From assembly GCA_903970435.1 (NCBI GenBank), contig CAJCIS010000151.1:47378-71377 (forward strand): a DNA stretch of 24,000 nt, in the 5' to 3' direction. The first letter of the stretch is position 1. Every line of letters starts with the position of its first letter. The notes beneath the pieces are model-generated. The model saw only the letters and a program-made list of their open reading frames with translations, made no database searches and was not told where the DNA came from. Source of the stretch: Acidobacteriota bacterium. Its GTDB lineage: Bacteria > Pseudomonadota > Alphaproteobacteria > Acetobacterales > Acetobacteraceae. Of the stretch, positions 1-8,673 are shown one piece after another. The translations under genes and the position numbers were made by a program.

Positions 1-1883
1 GTCTCGACGGCGCCGAGGGCTGCCGGCAGCACGCGCGGCATGGAATCCACGAGATGATAGGCAATCGCCGTCTTGGCGACGGCATCCATGCCGATATGCT
101 GAGCCACGCGAACCGTAACGAGATTGAGCGACTGTTCGAGCGCCACATGTAATGGCGTCGGACCACCGAATGTCATTTCGTAGTTGTTCGGCCGCCAGTC
201 CCCAAGGACAAAGGGTTCGTCCAGAAACCGCGCGCTTGGCGAAATTCCCTGCTCCATGGCCGTCAGATACACGAACGGCTTGAACGAACTGCCCGGCTGC
301 CGCAGCGCCTGCGTCGCCCGGTTGAATTGGCTGGCCTCGCCGCTCCAGCCGCCCGACATGGCGAGGACGCGGCCGCTACGCGGCTCGAGCGACACAAGCG
401 CGCCTTCCACCGCCGGAATTTGACGCAGCACAAGCCGGTCGGCCGGCTTGGTTCCCTCTTCCGGTTCGACCTCGAGCATGACGATGTCGCCCTGGGTCAG
501 GACATCTTGCATCCGGCGGGGCGGCGCGCCCAACGCGCCGTCGGCACGGGCAGGACGGGCCCATCCCAGCTCCGCCAGACGCAAAATGCCAATTTTCGGC
601 AACGGACTATCCGCGTACGAACCCCGGTCGTCGAGCCAACCGATGCGGGCCTGCGCCGGTGTTGTTTCGAGCACCGCGCCGAGCCGCCACGCCGCCAGCA
701 TGCCGGGCGGCCGTGGTAACGCCGCCAACCGCGCAGCCCAATCCATGTGGAGACCAATGCCGATCCCGAGATGCTTGACCGGGCCCCGCCAGCCGCCATG
801 CGTATGGTCATATGCCATCAGCCCGTGCCGCAGCGCGTCGTCGGATTCCTGCTGCAAGCCGGGATCCAGACTGGTATGCACAATCAAGCCGCCTTGCGCG
901 GTCTGGTCCTGGCCGAAACGCTCGAGCAGCTGCCGCCGCACTTCCTCGGCGAACCATTCCGAACCCGGTACCGTCGCCGGCCGTTGATAGGCGTTGGGCC
1001 CGAGGGTTTCAGCCTGCGCTGCGCGGCCCTCATCGGCGGTGATGGCTTTCGTCTCCACCATCCGATCGATCACCCAGTTGCGCCGCGTCAGCGCTGCATC
1101 CGGATCGCGAAATGGGTTATAGTTGGTCGGTGATTTGGGCAGCGCCGCCAGCATTGCGGCCTGTGCGACATCGAGCCGGTCCAGCGGCTTGTTGAAATAG
1201 GCCTGCGATGCGGCGGCCACGCCATAGCTTCCCTGTCCCAGATAGATGGCGTTCAGATACAGCTCCAGAATGCGCTCCTTGCTCAAGGTTCGCTCGATCC
1301 GCAGCGCGAGGAGGGCTTCCTTTACCTTGCGCCGGAACGACCGCTCATTCGAAGCCAGCAGCATGTTGCGCGCCACCTGCTGGGTGATTGTTGAGGCCCC
1401 GACCGGCCGCCGCGCCTCGCCAATGCGCCCGACATCGGTGACGGCCGCACGCAGGATTGCGAGGGGATCGATACCCTTATGCTGGTAGAAACTCTTGTCT
1501 TCCGCCGCGATGAAGGCCTTCTTTACAAGGTCTGGGATGGCGGCGGACGGCACGAAAATGCGGCGTTCCGTTGCCAACTCAGCGACCAGCCGGTCATCGC
1601 CGGCATAGATGCGGCTCATCACAGGCGGCTGATAGGTCCGCAAGCCCTCGAGCGACGGCAGGTCGGCGGAAAAATCGCGATACACCGATAGCGCGACGAC
1701 GGCACCCACGCCAAGACCGATCATCACCACGACGGTCACAAGGGCAGATATTCCGCGTACGAGGGCCAGCAGCCGGCTGCCCCTGCGGGGCCGCCGCTGG
1801 CGTTTGGCGGCCGGTGAAACGTCCGATGAAACTTTCGACGAATCGGCCGATGAAAGGGATGGACGATCCTCAGGCGAAGGCAT
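1..1883 (-). CDS. mrcA: Penicillin-binding protein 1A (bifunctional peptidoglycan glycosyltransferase/transpeptidase); C-terminus runs off the left edge of the window
   Basis: Absent from the ORF track because there is no stop in the window. My own minus-strand translation from ATG (plus-strand cat 1881-1883) gives MPSPEDRPSLSS...RRPRRGSRLLALVRGISALVTVVVMIGLGVGAVVALSVY (basic region plus TM anchor). GT51 motifs follow: EDKSFYQHKGID, GASTITQQVARN, RKVKEALLALRIERTLSKERILELYLN. Transpeptidase motifs follow: SxxK (RQPGSSFKPFVY, about 262-296) and SxN (EQSLNLVTV, about 105-145). The reading frame is open all the way to position 1. Confidence 0.9.
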   Translation of the reverse strand, partial: MPSPEDRPSLSSADSSKVSSDVSPAAKRQRRPRRGSRLLALVRGISALVTVVVMIGLGVGAVVALSVYRDFSADLPSLEGLRTYQPPVMSRIYAGDDRLVAELATERRIFVPSAAIPDLVKKAFIAAEDKSFYQHKGIDPLAILRAAVTDVGRIGEARRPVGASTITQQVARNMLLASNERSFRRKVKEALLALRIERTLSKERILELYLNAIYLGQGSYGVAAASQAYFNKPLDRLDVAQAAMLAALPKSPTNYNPFRDPDAALTRRNWVIDRMVETKAITADEGRAAQAETLGPNAYQRPATVPGSEWFAEEVRRQLLERFGQDQTAQGGLIVHTSLDPGLQQESDDALRHGLMAYDHTHGGWRGPVKHLGIGIGLHMDWAARLAALPRPPGMLAAWRLGAVLETTPAQARIGWLDDRGSYADSPLPKIGILRLAELGWARPARADGALGAPPRRMQDVLTQGDIVMLEVEPEEGTKPADRLVLRQIPAVEGALVSLEPRSGRVLAMSGGWSGEASQFNRATQALRQPGSSFKPFVYLTAMEQGISPSARFLDEPFVLGDWRPNNYEMTFGGPTPLHVALEQSLNLVTVRVAQHIGMDAVAKTAIAYHLVDSMPRVLPAALGAVE

Positions 1884-1934
1884 GACCCGGTTCCATGTGC
1901 TGACGCGCGCGACGAGGGCCGACCCGGCGGCGGC

Positions 1935-2789
1935 TCAGCCCGCGATATGCGTCAAATGGTCGGCGGACGCAAAATAACCATCGATGGCGCGATGTAAGGA
2001 CGCCGCGACGCGGCTTCGGTGGCTGGCTGCGCACAGCGCCGCTTCGTCGTGCGGGTTGGACATGAAACCCATTTCCACCAGGACGCTTGGAATATCGACC
2101 GCTTTGAGCACCGCGAAGGCCGCATGGCGGGCCGGGTTCTCAAGCAGCGGGAAATCCTGTCCGAGGCTGCCGACGGCGCTCTGCTGCAAGCGGGCCGACC
2201 CCACGCGCGTCTCGTGGGCGACCAGGCTCGACAGGATCTCCGCGACCTGCGGCGAAATGTCTGCGGGTTTTGCGGCGCCGAAGCGGTCGGCCTGGTTCTC
2301 CCGCGTCGCCAGCGCCGCGCTTTGTGCGTCGGATGCGTGGGCCGCCAACGTGTAGACGCTTGCGCCTCGCACCGCGTGGTTTGCCAAGGCATCGGCATGC
2401 ATGGACATGAACAGATTCGCGCCATGCGCCTCGGCAATTGCAACCCGGTCGTCCAACGCGATGAAATCATCAGTCTGGCGGGTCAGCACCACGCGATAAT
2501 GACCGGAGGCCCGCAGCCGACTGGCAAGCACCTCGGCAGTGGCAAAGGCCACATGTTTTTCGTAGGTTCCGGATACGCCGATGGCGCCGGGGTCCTTGCC
2601 GCCATGGCCCGGGTCCAGCACAACCAATGGCATCGTCGCCGTCCTGGCGCGCGGCGGATTCGCCGCGTGCGGGCGCCGCGACACCTCCGCACGCGCAGCG
2701 GCGGGCAGCAGCAGGGTCACGCCAAAGCCGTGACCCAGCAGAAGACGACGGGTGAATGCTGGATCGGAAGCCATGCGGCTGCTTAACAC
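1935..2789 (-). CDS. N-acetylmuramoyl-L-alanine amidase (Amidase_3 family) with a Tat-type signal peptide
   Basis: 284-aa ORF. The N-terminus FTRRLLLGHGFGVTLLLPAAARA looks like a twin-arginine signal. Amidase_3 zinc-site motifs are VVLDPGHGGKDPGAIG and FMSMHADA. The track start at 2789 is a GTG; the ATG at 2774 (MASDPAFTRRLLL) is an equally plausible start. It lies 51 nt upstream of mrcA on the same strand. Confidence 0.85.
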   Translation of the reverse strand: MLSSRMASDPAFTRRLLLGHGFGVTLLLPAAARAEVSRRPHAANPPRARTATMPLVVLDPGHGGKDPGAIGVSGTYEKHVAFATAEVLASRLRASGHYRVVLTRQTDDFIALDDRVAIAEAHGANLFMSMHADALANHAVRGASVYTLAAHASDAQSAALATRENQADRFGAAKPADISPQVAEILSSLVAHETRVGSARLQQSAVGSLGQDFPLLENPARHAAFAVLKAVDIPSVLVEMGFMSNPHDEAALCAASHRSRVAASLHRAIDGYFASADHLTHIAG

Positions 2790-3201
2790 AAAACATAGAA
2801 ACGATGGTGTTAGCCGTTGATTAATCGTGCTTCATGTGATCATGCAGCCACAGACGCGCCATTGGCGATGGCGCGCGGGCACCCTTGCGGATCAAGGCGC
2901 TTTGCTTCATGTGAGGGATGGCTGATGCGTGCTACACTCAGGCGGGCCCCAGCTTCCCTGCGCATTTATGCGCCCGAATACCCGGCTCCGCGCCTGTTGC
3001 AGCGCGCCGCCACGCTGAAGGCCATGGCAGACCACATGCTTGCACCACCGCCGACCGACGGGACCGCATCGCGGCTCGGCGCAGCGTGCCGCGCATCTGT
3101 TCACGGCGACGCCAAGACATCCACCTCACCCCTATACGCCCGTCAGGCCGCGCCCCCCTTGGGTAGTCGCACAGCCGCCGGGTCTCGGAGCTCCCCCTTT
3201 A
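2790..3201 (+). promoter_or_regulatory. Divergent promoter region plus a long putative rne 5' leader
   Basis: A ~410 nt non-coding gap separates the amidase start from the conserved RNase E N-terminus (MTKRMLIDATHAEETRVVVL at 3202). The ORF-track extension 3040-3201 encodes only Pro/Arg/His-rich sequence. The gap contains an exact 12-nt direct repeat tgcttcatgtga (2827-2838 and 2903-2914) and a small hairpin gcgca-ttta-tgcgc (about 2961-2974). I could not place a promoter confidently. Confidence 0.35.
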
Positions 3202-5871
3202 ATGACCAAGCGTATGCTGATCGATGCCACGCACGCGGAAGAAACCCGCGTCGTGGTGCTGGATGGTAGTCGTCTCGAAGATTTCGACGTTGAGACTCAA
3301 TCCCGCAAACAGCTCAAGGGCAACATCTACCTGGCCAAAATCGTCAGGGTAGAACCAAGCCTTCAGGCCGCCTTCGTCGAGTACGGCGGCAATCGTCACG
3401 GATTTCTGGCGTTCAGCGAAATCCATCCGGACTATTATCAAATTCCTGTTGCGGACCGGCAGCGCCTGCTTGCCATGCAGGAGGAGGACGCCCGCGCCGA
3501 CGAGGACGATGACGACGACGCGGCGGCGGATGTGACTTCGGTGCCGGAACAGCACAGCGAACCGCTCGGCGTGGAGCAGGCGCGCGTCGGCGGGGATGCA
3601 ACCGAGCCCACGCCATCCGCCGCCGAGGATACCCCGGCCGAGGCACGTGATCTGGGCGCCGACACAGCGCCGGAAGCGGCAGAACCGGCGCCAAACGATT
3701 CGGAAATGGCGCCCGACCTTCAGCTCTCGATCGAAACGCCCGAGGCCGACCACGCCGAAATGGGTTCACGCGTACAGGAAGTGCCGCCGGCAAATCTGGC
3801 GCCACCCGAAACGATCGGCGGCGAAACAGACCATGCCGAGGAGGTTCGGGAACGGCGTCCTTCCCGGTTTATGCGCAGTTACAAAATCCAGGAAGTGATC
3901 CGGCGCCGTCAGATCATCCTTATCCAGGTTGTCAAGGAGGAGCGCGGCACCAAGGGCGCGGCGCTGACGACCTATATTTCGCTGGCCGGCCGGTATTGCG
4001 TGTTGATGCCCAATTCGCCGCGCGGGGGTGGCATATCGAGAAAAATTACGTCAGCCACCGATCGCCGCCGTCTCAAGGAAGTTACCGCCGAGCTGGAAAT
4101 TCCACGTGGCATGGGCCTGATCGTACGCACCGCGGGCGCCAATCGCCCCAAGCCCGAAATCAAGCGGGACTGCGAATATTTGCTCCGCTTGTGGGACGAA
4201 ATTCGCGAGCTGACGCTGCAATCCGTTGCACCCGCGCTGATCTATGAGGAAGCGAGCCTCATCAAGCGTGCCATCCGCGACGTGTATTCGCGCGACGTCG
4301 ACGAGGTTCTGGTCGACGGTGAGGAAGGCTGGAAGGCCGCTCGCGACTTCATGCGCATGCTCATGCCGACGCACGTCAAAAAGGTGCAGCTCTGGCGCGA
4401 CGGCGGTGCCCCGCTGTTCGCACGTCAGCAGGTTGAAGCCCAGCTCGATGCTATGCTCAGTCCCACCGTCCAGCTCAAATCCGGTGGCTATCTGGTTATC
4501 AATCAGGCTGAGGCGTTGGTTGCCATTGATGTGAACTCCGGCCGCTCTACCCGCGAGCGCGGCATCGAGGAAACCGCCGTTCGCACTAACCTGGAAGCGG
4601 CCGATGAAGTCGCCCGCCAATTGCGGCTGCGCGACCTGGCGGGCCTGATCGTCATCGACTTCATAGATATGGAGTCTAAGAAAAACAATGCGGCCGTGGA
4701 ACGACGCCTTAAGGAAGCGCTGAAGAACGACAGGGCCCGCATTCAGGTCGGCCATATCAGCCATTTTGGTCTCATGGAAATGAGCCGCCAGCGGCTTCGT
4801 CCATCGTTGGCCGAAACGAGCCTGACCACCTGCCCCCACTGCGCCGGGATGGGCCATGTGCGCAGCACCGAAAGCGCCGGTCTTCACGTGCTGCGGGCCG
4901 TTGAGGAGGAGGGCGGCAAACGCCGTTCTGCCGAAATCCTTGTTCACATGCCAGGCGCTGTCGCGTTCTATATTTTAAACCACAAACGCCAGCGCCTGAT
5001 GGATATCGAGGCGCGATATGGCATGAAGGTCGCGTTCGGCGCCGACGAGACCCTGGCACCGGCAAACCTGCGCATCGACCGCCTACGCGCGCTGACCGCG
5101 AGTGATTTACCGCCGCAAGTCGCGGCACCTTCGCCCGCGCCGGTCGTCGAGCCGGACGATGAGGTTGAGACCGAAGAAGCGGACGTCGAGGAGGTGGCCG
5201 AAAACGCCGCGCCTGATGCCGAGGATGTGGCGGTGCCGGGCGAGACCGCGGAAGAAGGCGAACGCCGACGCCGACGCCGACGCCGGCGCCGCCGTGGCAG
5301 CAAGCGGGAGGACGCATCTTCTGCCAGCAGCGAAACGATTCCGATGGCGTTTGATACGGAGCAGCCCGATATCGACATGCCTGCCTTCCCAGGCGCGCGC
5401 CCGGAGGCAATCGTACCACAACCGGTCGCAGCGCCTGCGCTTGCCGATAGCATGGAAATTGCTGCCGGAAGCGGCGATAAAAACGACGCTACGCCCAAGT
5501 CGGAGGTATCGAAACGACCATCCCGTGGCCGTCGTGGCCACCGAACCCGCCAACCGGGCGAAACAAAGGACGCGGCCGCGCCGCTACCACCGGCGCCCCC
5601 CACCTATGTCGGGCCGACGCCTGCCGATCCGTTCGGCAATGTCAGCGACATCTTTGACCTGCTCGAACAATCCGAAAGCGACATGCGAATTGTTGCATCC
5701 GCTGCGCCGCCGCCCGTACTTCACGTCAGCAATGGAAAAACGGAGCCGGACATCAGGCAAGCTGAACCCCAGGCGCCGGAGCCGTTGGTGGGCCCGGTTG
5801 TACAGCCAGTCGTGATCGGCGGCGGCAGCGAGACCGCGGGCGAAAAGAAGCGGGGCTGGTGGCGTCGCTGA
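3202..5871 (+). CDS. rne: Ribonuclease E
   Basis: The N-terminus MTKRMLIDATHAEETRVVVLDG..., the S1 segment GNIYLAKIVRVEPSLQAAFVEYGGNRHGFLAFSEI, and KEERGTKGAALTTYISLAGRYCVLMPNSPRGGGISRKI match the RNase E/G catalytic domain. Further matches are LVAIDVNSG and DLAGLIVIDFIDM. The Zn-link CPHCAGMG starts at 4831. The C-terminal half is low-complexity with an 11-Arg run. Start is set at ATG 3202 rather than the track start 3040. Confidence 0.92.
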   Translation: MTKRMLIDATHAEETRVVVLDGSRLEDFDVETQSRKQLKGNIYLAKIVRVEPSLQAAFVEYGGNRHGFLAFSEIHPDYYQIPVADRQRLLAMQEEDARADEDDDDDAAADVTSVPEQHSEPLGVEQARVGGDATEPTPSAAEDTPAEARDLGADTAPEAAEPAPNDSEMAPDLQLSIETPEADHAEMGSRVQEVPPANLAPPETIGGETDHAEEVRERRPSRFMRSYKIQEVIRRRQIILIQVVKEERGTKGAALTTYISLAGRYCVLMPNSPRGGGISRKITSATDRRRLKEVTAELEIPRGMGLIVRTAGANRPKPEIKRDCEYLLRLWDEIRELTLQSVAPALIYEEASLIKRAIRDVYSRDVDEVLVDGEEGWKAARDFMRMLMPTHVKKVQLWRDGGAPLFARQQVEAQLDAMLSPTVQLKSGGYLVINQAEALVAIDVNSGRSTRERGIEETAVRTNLEAADEVARQLRLRDLAGLIVIDFIDMESKKNNAAVERRLKEALKNDRARIQVGHISHFGLMEMSRQRLRPSLAETSLTTCPHCAGMGHVRSTESAGLHVLRAVEEEGGKRRSAEILVHMPGAVAFYILNHKRQRLMDIEARYGMKVAFGADETLAPANLRIDRLRALTASDLPPQVAAPSPAPVVEPDDEVETEEADVEEVAENAAPDAEDVAVPGETAEEGERRRRRRRRRRRGSKREDASSASSETIPMAFDTEQPDIDMPAFPGARPEAIVPQPVAAPALADSMEIAAGSGDKNDATPKSEVSKRPSRGRRGHRTRQPGETKDAAAPLPPAPPTYVGPTPADPFGNVSDIFDLLEQSESDMRIVASAAPPPVLHVSNGKTEPDIRQAEPQAPEPLVGPVVQPVVIGGGSETAGEKKRGWWRR

Positions 5872-5881
5872 ACAGATACCA

Positions 5882-5903
5882 AGGCCAGGTTTTTCCCTGG
5901 CTT
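5882..5903 (+). terminator. Weak hairpin just after the rne stop (possible attenuating terminator)
   Basis: Stem gccagg (5884-5889) / cctggc (5896-5901) with loop tttttc, extendable by G-U and A-U pairs. It is followed by ttcaccttc, which is pyrimidine-rich but not a true U-tract. It sits 11 nt after the rne stop and 12 nt before the next start. Confidence 0.25.
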
Positions 5904-5915
5904 CACCTTCAAGAT

Positions 5916-7928
5916 ATGAGAGTCACGATGCGCAAACGCCTGCTTTTCGCCACGGCAATTTTGATCTGCGCCGCCGGCACGTCAAACTGGGGTTTTGACA
6001 CGTCGGGCGAGGATCGCGCCGTCGCCCCAGGCAACAACTTCTTCGACTTCGCCAACGGCACCGCGGTGAAGAACCTGGTGATCCCGCCCGACCAATCGCA
6101 CTACGGCGCATTCAACGTGCTGCGTGATCTTTCGGAGTCCCGCACCCGGGGAATCCTTGAAGCCGCGGCAGCGAAAACCGGTGGGCAGCCCACCGACAGC
6201 ACCGCCAAGGCGGGAGCTTTCTATAAATCCTTTATGGATCAGGCGACGGCCGACAAGCTGAGCGCCGCGCCGCTGAAGCCGGATTTGGACTTGATCCGCG
6301 CTGTGCAGACGCCACGGGAATTCGCCGCCCTGGTGGGGCGCGCGCCGTCGACCTTGCTCGGCGCGCCGTTTGACCTGGCCATCCAGCCGGATGCGAAGGA
6401 CCCCACGCGTTACGCGATCTATGTCGCTCAAAGCGGCCTCGGACTTCCCGATCGCGATTATTACCTGACGCCTGAATTTGCCGATCCGCGGGCGAAATAT
6501 CCGGCTTTCGTGGAGAAGATGCTGACCTTGGCAGGCTGGCCGGAAGCGCACGCAGAGGCTGCCGACATCGTTGCTTTCGAAACCAAAATCGCTGCGGGAA
6601 GCTGGTCCCGCGCCGAACAGCGCGATGATGTGAAAGCCTACAACCCGATGTCGGTTGCCGATCTGGCGCATGCCGCGCCTGGGTTTGACTGGGCGGCCTT
6701 CTTCACGGCGGCAGGACTTGGTGACCCGTCCCGCGTCATCGTGTCGGAAAATACCGCGGCGCCGAAAATAGCGGCGCTGATCGGTGCCACGCCTATCCCC
6801 ACGCTTCGGGCCTGGGCCGCCTTCCACCTGGCGCTCAATGCGGCCCCGTTTTTATCCAACGATTTTGTCGACGCCGATTACCAGTATATGAATCATACGC
6901 TCGAAGGGCAGCCGGAACAAAAACCTCGTTGGAAGCGTGCCGTTCATACCGTGGAATCGGTGATGGGCGAAGCGATCGGCAAAGCCTACGTCGCCCGCTA
7001 TTTCCCACCGGACTCGCGGGAAAAGATGCAGGTTCTGACGACCGCCTTGCACGATGCGTTCCGTCACCGGCTTGAAAATAATGGCTGGATGTCAGCCGGT
7101 ACGCGCCAGAAGGCTCTGGAGAAACTCGCCACGTTCGACTTCCAGGTCGGCTACCCAAAGCATTGGCGCGACTATAGCGCGCTCCTGATTCACACTGACG
7201 ATCTTTATGGCAATGTCGAACGCGGCGCCGCGTTCGAGTGGCAGTTCTGGCTCGGCCATCTCGGCCACCCGGTGGATCGCGATCAGTGGGAGATGTTCCC
7301 GCAGACCGTCAATGCCTACAATGAGCCGCTGCTGAATGAGGTCGTGTTTCCCGCAGCCATCCTGCAGCCGCCTTTCTTCGACCCGCATGCCGACCCTGCC
7401 GTGAATTTCGGCGCCATCGGCGGGGTTATCGGTCACGAAATGACCCACAGCTTCGATGACCAGGGCCGCCAGCACGATGCACACGGCCGGCTGGCAGATT
7501 GGTGGACCAAGGAGGATGCTGCCCGCTTTACCGCGCGCGCGACCCGTTACGGTGAACAATTCGCCGCGATGGACCTGCCCTCGGGCGGGCATATCAACCC
7601 GGCGCTCACCATGGGCGAGAACATTGCCGACCTGGGTGGCCTGACGCTCGCGCTGGACGCCTATCACGCCTCCCTTAATGGCAAGGCCGCACCAGTGATC
7701 GATGGCACCACGGGCGATCAGCGTGTTTTCCTTGGCTGGGCACAGGTGTGGCGTGGTAAGAGCCGCGACGCTGCCGCCCGCAAATTGCTCACCATCGATC
7801 CTCACGCGCCGCCGATCGCGCGCGTCAATGAACCGGTACGCAACATTGACGCCTGGTACACGGCTTTCGATGTAAAGCCAGGCGACAAGCTCTATCTTGC
7901 CCCCGCAGATCGCGTGAAAATCTGGTAG
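5916..7928 (+). CDS. M13 family zinc metallopeptidase (PepO / endothelin-converting-enzyme-like), secreted or periplasmic
   Basis: The HExxH zinc site is VIGHEMTHSFD. The downstream M13 signature is GENIADLGG, and the C-terminus has VNEPVRNIDAWYTAFDV...RVKIW. The N-terminal signal-like segment is MRVTMRKRLLFATAILICAAG. The track start 5859 overlaps the rne end, so I prefer ATG 5916 (or ATG 5928). Confidence 0.9.
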   Translation: MRVTMRKRLLFATAILICAAGTSNWGFDTSGEDRAVAPGNNFFDFANGTAVKNLVIPPDQSHYGAFNVLRDLSESRTRGILEAAAAKTGGQPTDSTAKAGAFYKSFMDQATADKLSAAPLKPDLDLIRAVQTPREFAALVGRAPSTLLGAPFDLAIQPDAKDPTRYAIYVAQSGLGLPDRDYYLTPEFADPRAKYPAFVEKMLTLAGWPEAHAEAADIVAFETKIAAGSWSRAEQRDDVKAYNPMSVADLAHAAPGFDWAAFFTAAGLGDPSRVIVSENTAAPKIAALIGATPIPTLRAWAAFHLALNAAPFLSNDFVDADYQYMNHTLEGQPEQKPRWKRAVHTVESVMGEAIGKAYVARYFPPDSREKMQVLTTALHDAFRHRLENNGWMSAGTRQKALEKLATFDFQVGYPKHWRDYSALLIHTDDLYGNVERGAAFEWQFWLGHLGHPVDRDQWEMFPQTVNAYNEPLLNEVVFPAAILQPPFFDPHADPAVNFGAIGGVIGHEMTHSFDDQGRQHDAHGRLADWWTKEDAARFTARATRYGEQFAAMDLPSGGHINPALTMGENIADLGGLTLALDAYHASLNGKAAPVIDGTTGDQRVFLGWAQVWRGKSRDAAARKLLTIDPHAPPIARVNEPVRNIDAWYTAFDVKPGDKLYLAPADRVKIW

Positions 7929-8007
7929 GATAAATCCCCGCGCTTACCCAGGGTTGCCACATGCAAACACGAAACGTGGAGGACAGTAAGCGTCCGCACT
8001 GTACCTG

Positions 8008-8673
8008 CTATCGCGCTATATCGGTAGCGACCTGATCGGCCAATTCACCAAGCAGCGTGCTCATCGCGGACGCAAGCCCCGCGGGGCCTGGCTGCGCATC
8101 GGCAACCCGCAACGAAACCGCGCGAGCCGCGAAAGCGGTGTGCGACATTCCCTGCTCGATCGCTAGGTCTGCGATGAGACTAACGGAACCGTCAGTCTCC
8201 GCATCGAAGCGCTGCACATTGATTTCGACGCGAACATCCGCGTCAGCGCCGATCGCACCGTCGCCGGAAAAAACACTGCTGCCGGGCAGACGCTGCGTCA
8301 GATCTTCTGCCAGCACCCTGCCGATCATGTCGGAGAGCGGTTCTCCCCAACGCACGACGCTGTCCACGTCCAACCGGTAGCCCGCCTGTTTCAGAACGAT
8401 ACCGGAACGATCCAGGTATCCTGCAAGGCCCGGCCGCACCACCTCGACCAGCTTCGCGTGGGCGGTACGCGATGGCCCCGGGACCGGTTGCAAGGTGTAA
8501 TATGTCGGGTCCGGGGAGCTGCACGCCGAAAGGCAAGACACCACGATGCCGGGAAGTAGGAAGGCAGATGGGTTTGCCCTCGGCCGGGGTGTTCGCCGCC
8601 ACCATCCGAACACGCCCCTCGGATGACGGGGTCCGGCGGCCAAGCCCGTAGGCTTCCTTGTTCCTGTGCTCAT
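8008..8673 (-). CDS. pqiC: PqiC-like auxiliary lipoprotein (DUF330 / ABC-type transport auxiliary component)
   Basis: It sits directly after pqiB with an ATGA start/stop overlap (ATG 8673-8671, pqiB TGA 8672-8670). The lipobox-like VVSCLSAC is followed by SSPDPTYYTLQP, typical of the PqiC/YmbA family. About 50 aa precede the lipobox Cys, which is unusually long, so an internal GTG start (RGVFGWW...) is possible. Confidence 0.65.
   Translation of the reverse strand: MSTGTRKPTGLAAGPRHPRGVFGWWRRTPRPRANPSAFLLPGIVVSCLSACSSPDPTYYTLQPVPGPSRTAHAKLVEVVRPGLAGYLDRSGIVLKQAGYRLDVDSVVRWGEPLSDMIGRVLAEDLTQRLPGSSVFSGDGAIGADADVRVEINVQRFDAETDGSVSLIADLAIEQGMSHTAFAARAVSLRVADAQPGPAGLASAMSTLLGELADQVATDIAR

Noticed and set aside
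184-1885. Cluster of plus-strand ORFs (184..423, 327..719, 448..987, 747..1133, 1246..1488, 1571..1885 and others)
   Set aside because: All lie antisense to the clearly recognisable PBP1A reading frame and encode Arg/Pro/Ala-rich low-complexity sequence. These are typical high-GC shadow ORFs.
3040-3201. N-terminal extensions proposed by the ORF track for rne (3040), the M13 peptidase (5859) and mipZ (11397)
   Set aside because: The extensions encode Pro/Arg/His-rich sequence with no homology. Those of the peptidase and mipZ overlap neighbouring genes. Conserved N-termini with better start contexts occur at 3202, 5916 and 11754.
4051-4947. 298-aa minus-strand ORF inside rne. Similar long antisense ORFs: 3199..3753, 4772..5419, 4968..5603, 5982..6827, 7092..7805, 12783..13430, 19882..20625, 21598..22647, 19039..19779
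   Set aside because: Each lies opposite a gene with strong family motifs. Their translations have no recognisable domains and show compositional bias expected from reading GC-rich codons backwards.
7929-8007. Imperfect nested inverted repeat (cgcttac...gtaagcg enclosing ccac...gtgg) between the convergent M13 peptidase and pqiC
   Set aside because: The stems are short with a long interior and no U-tract on either side. It may be a weak terminator, but I cannot support it as a feature.
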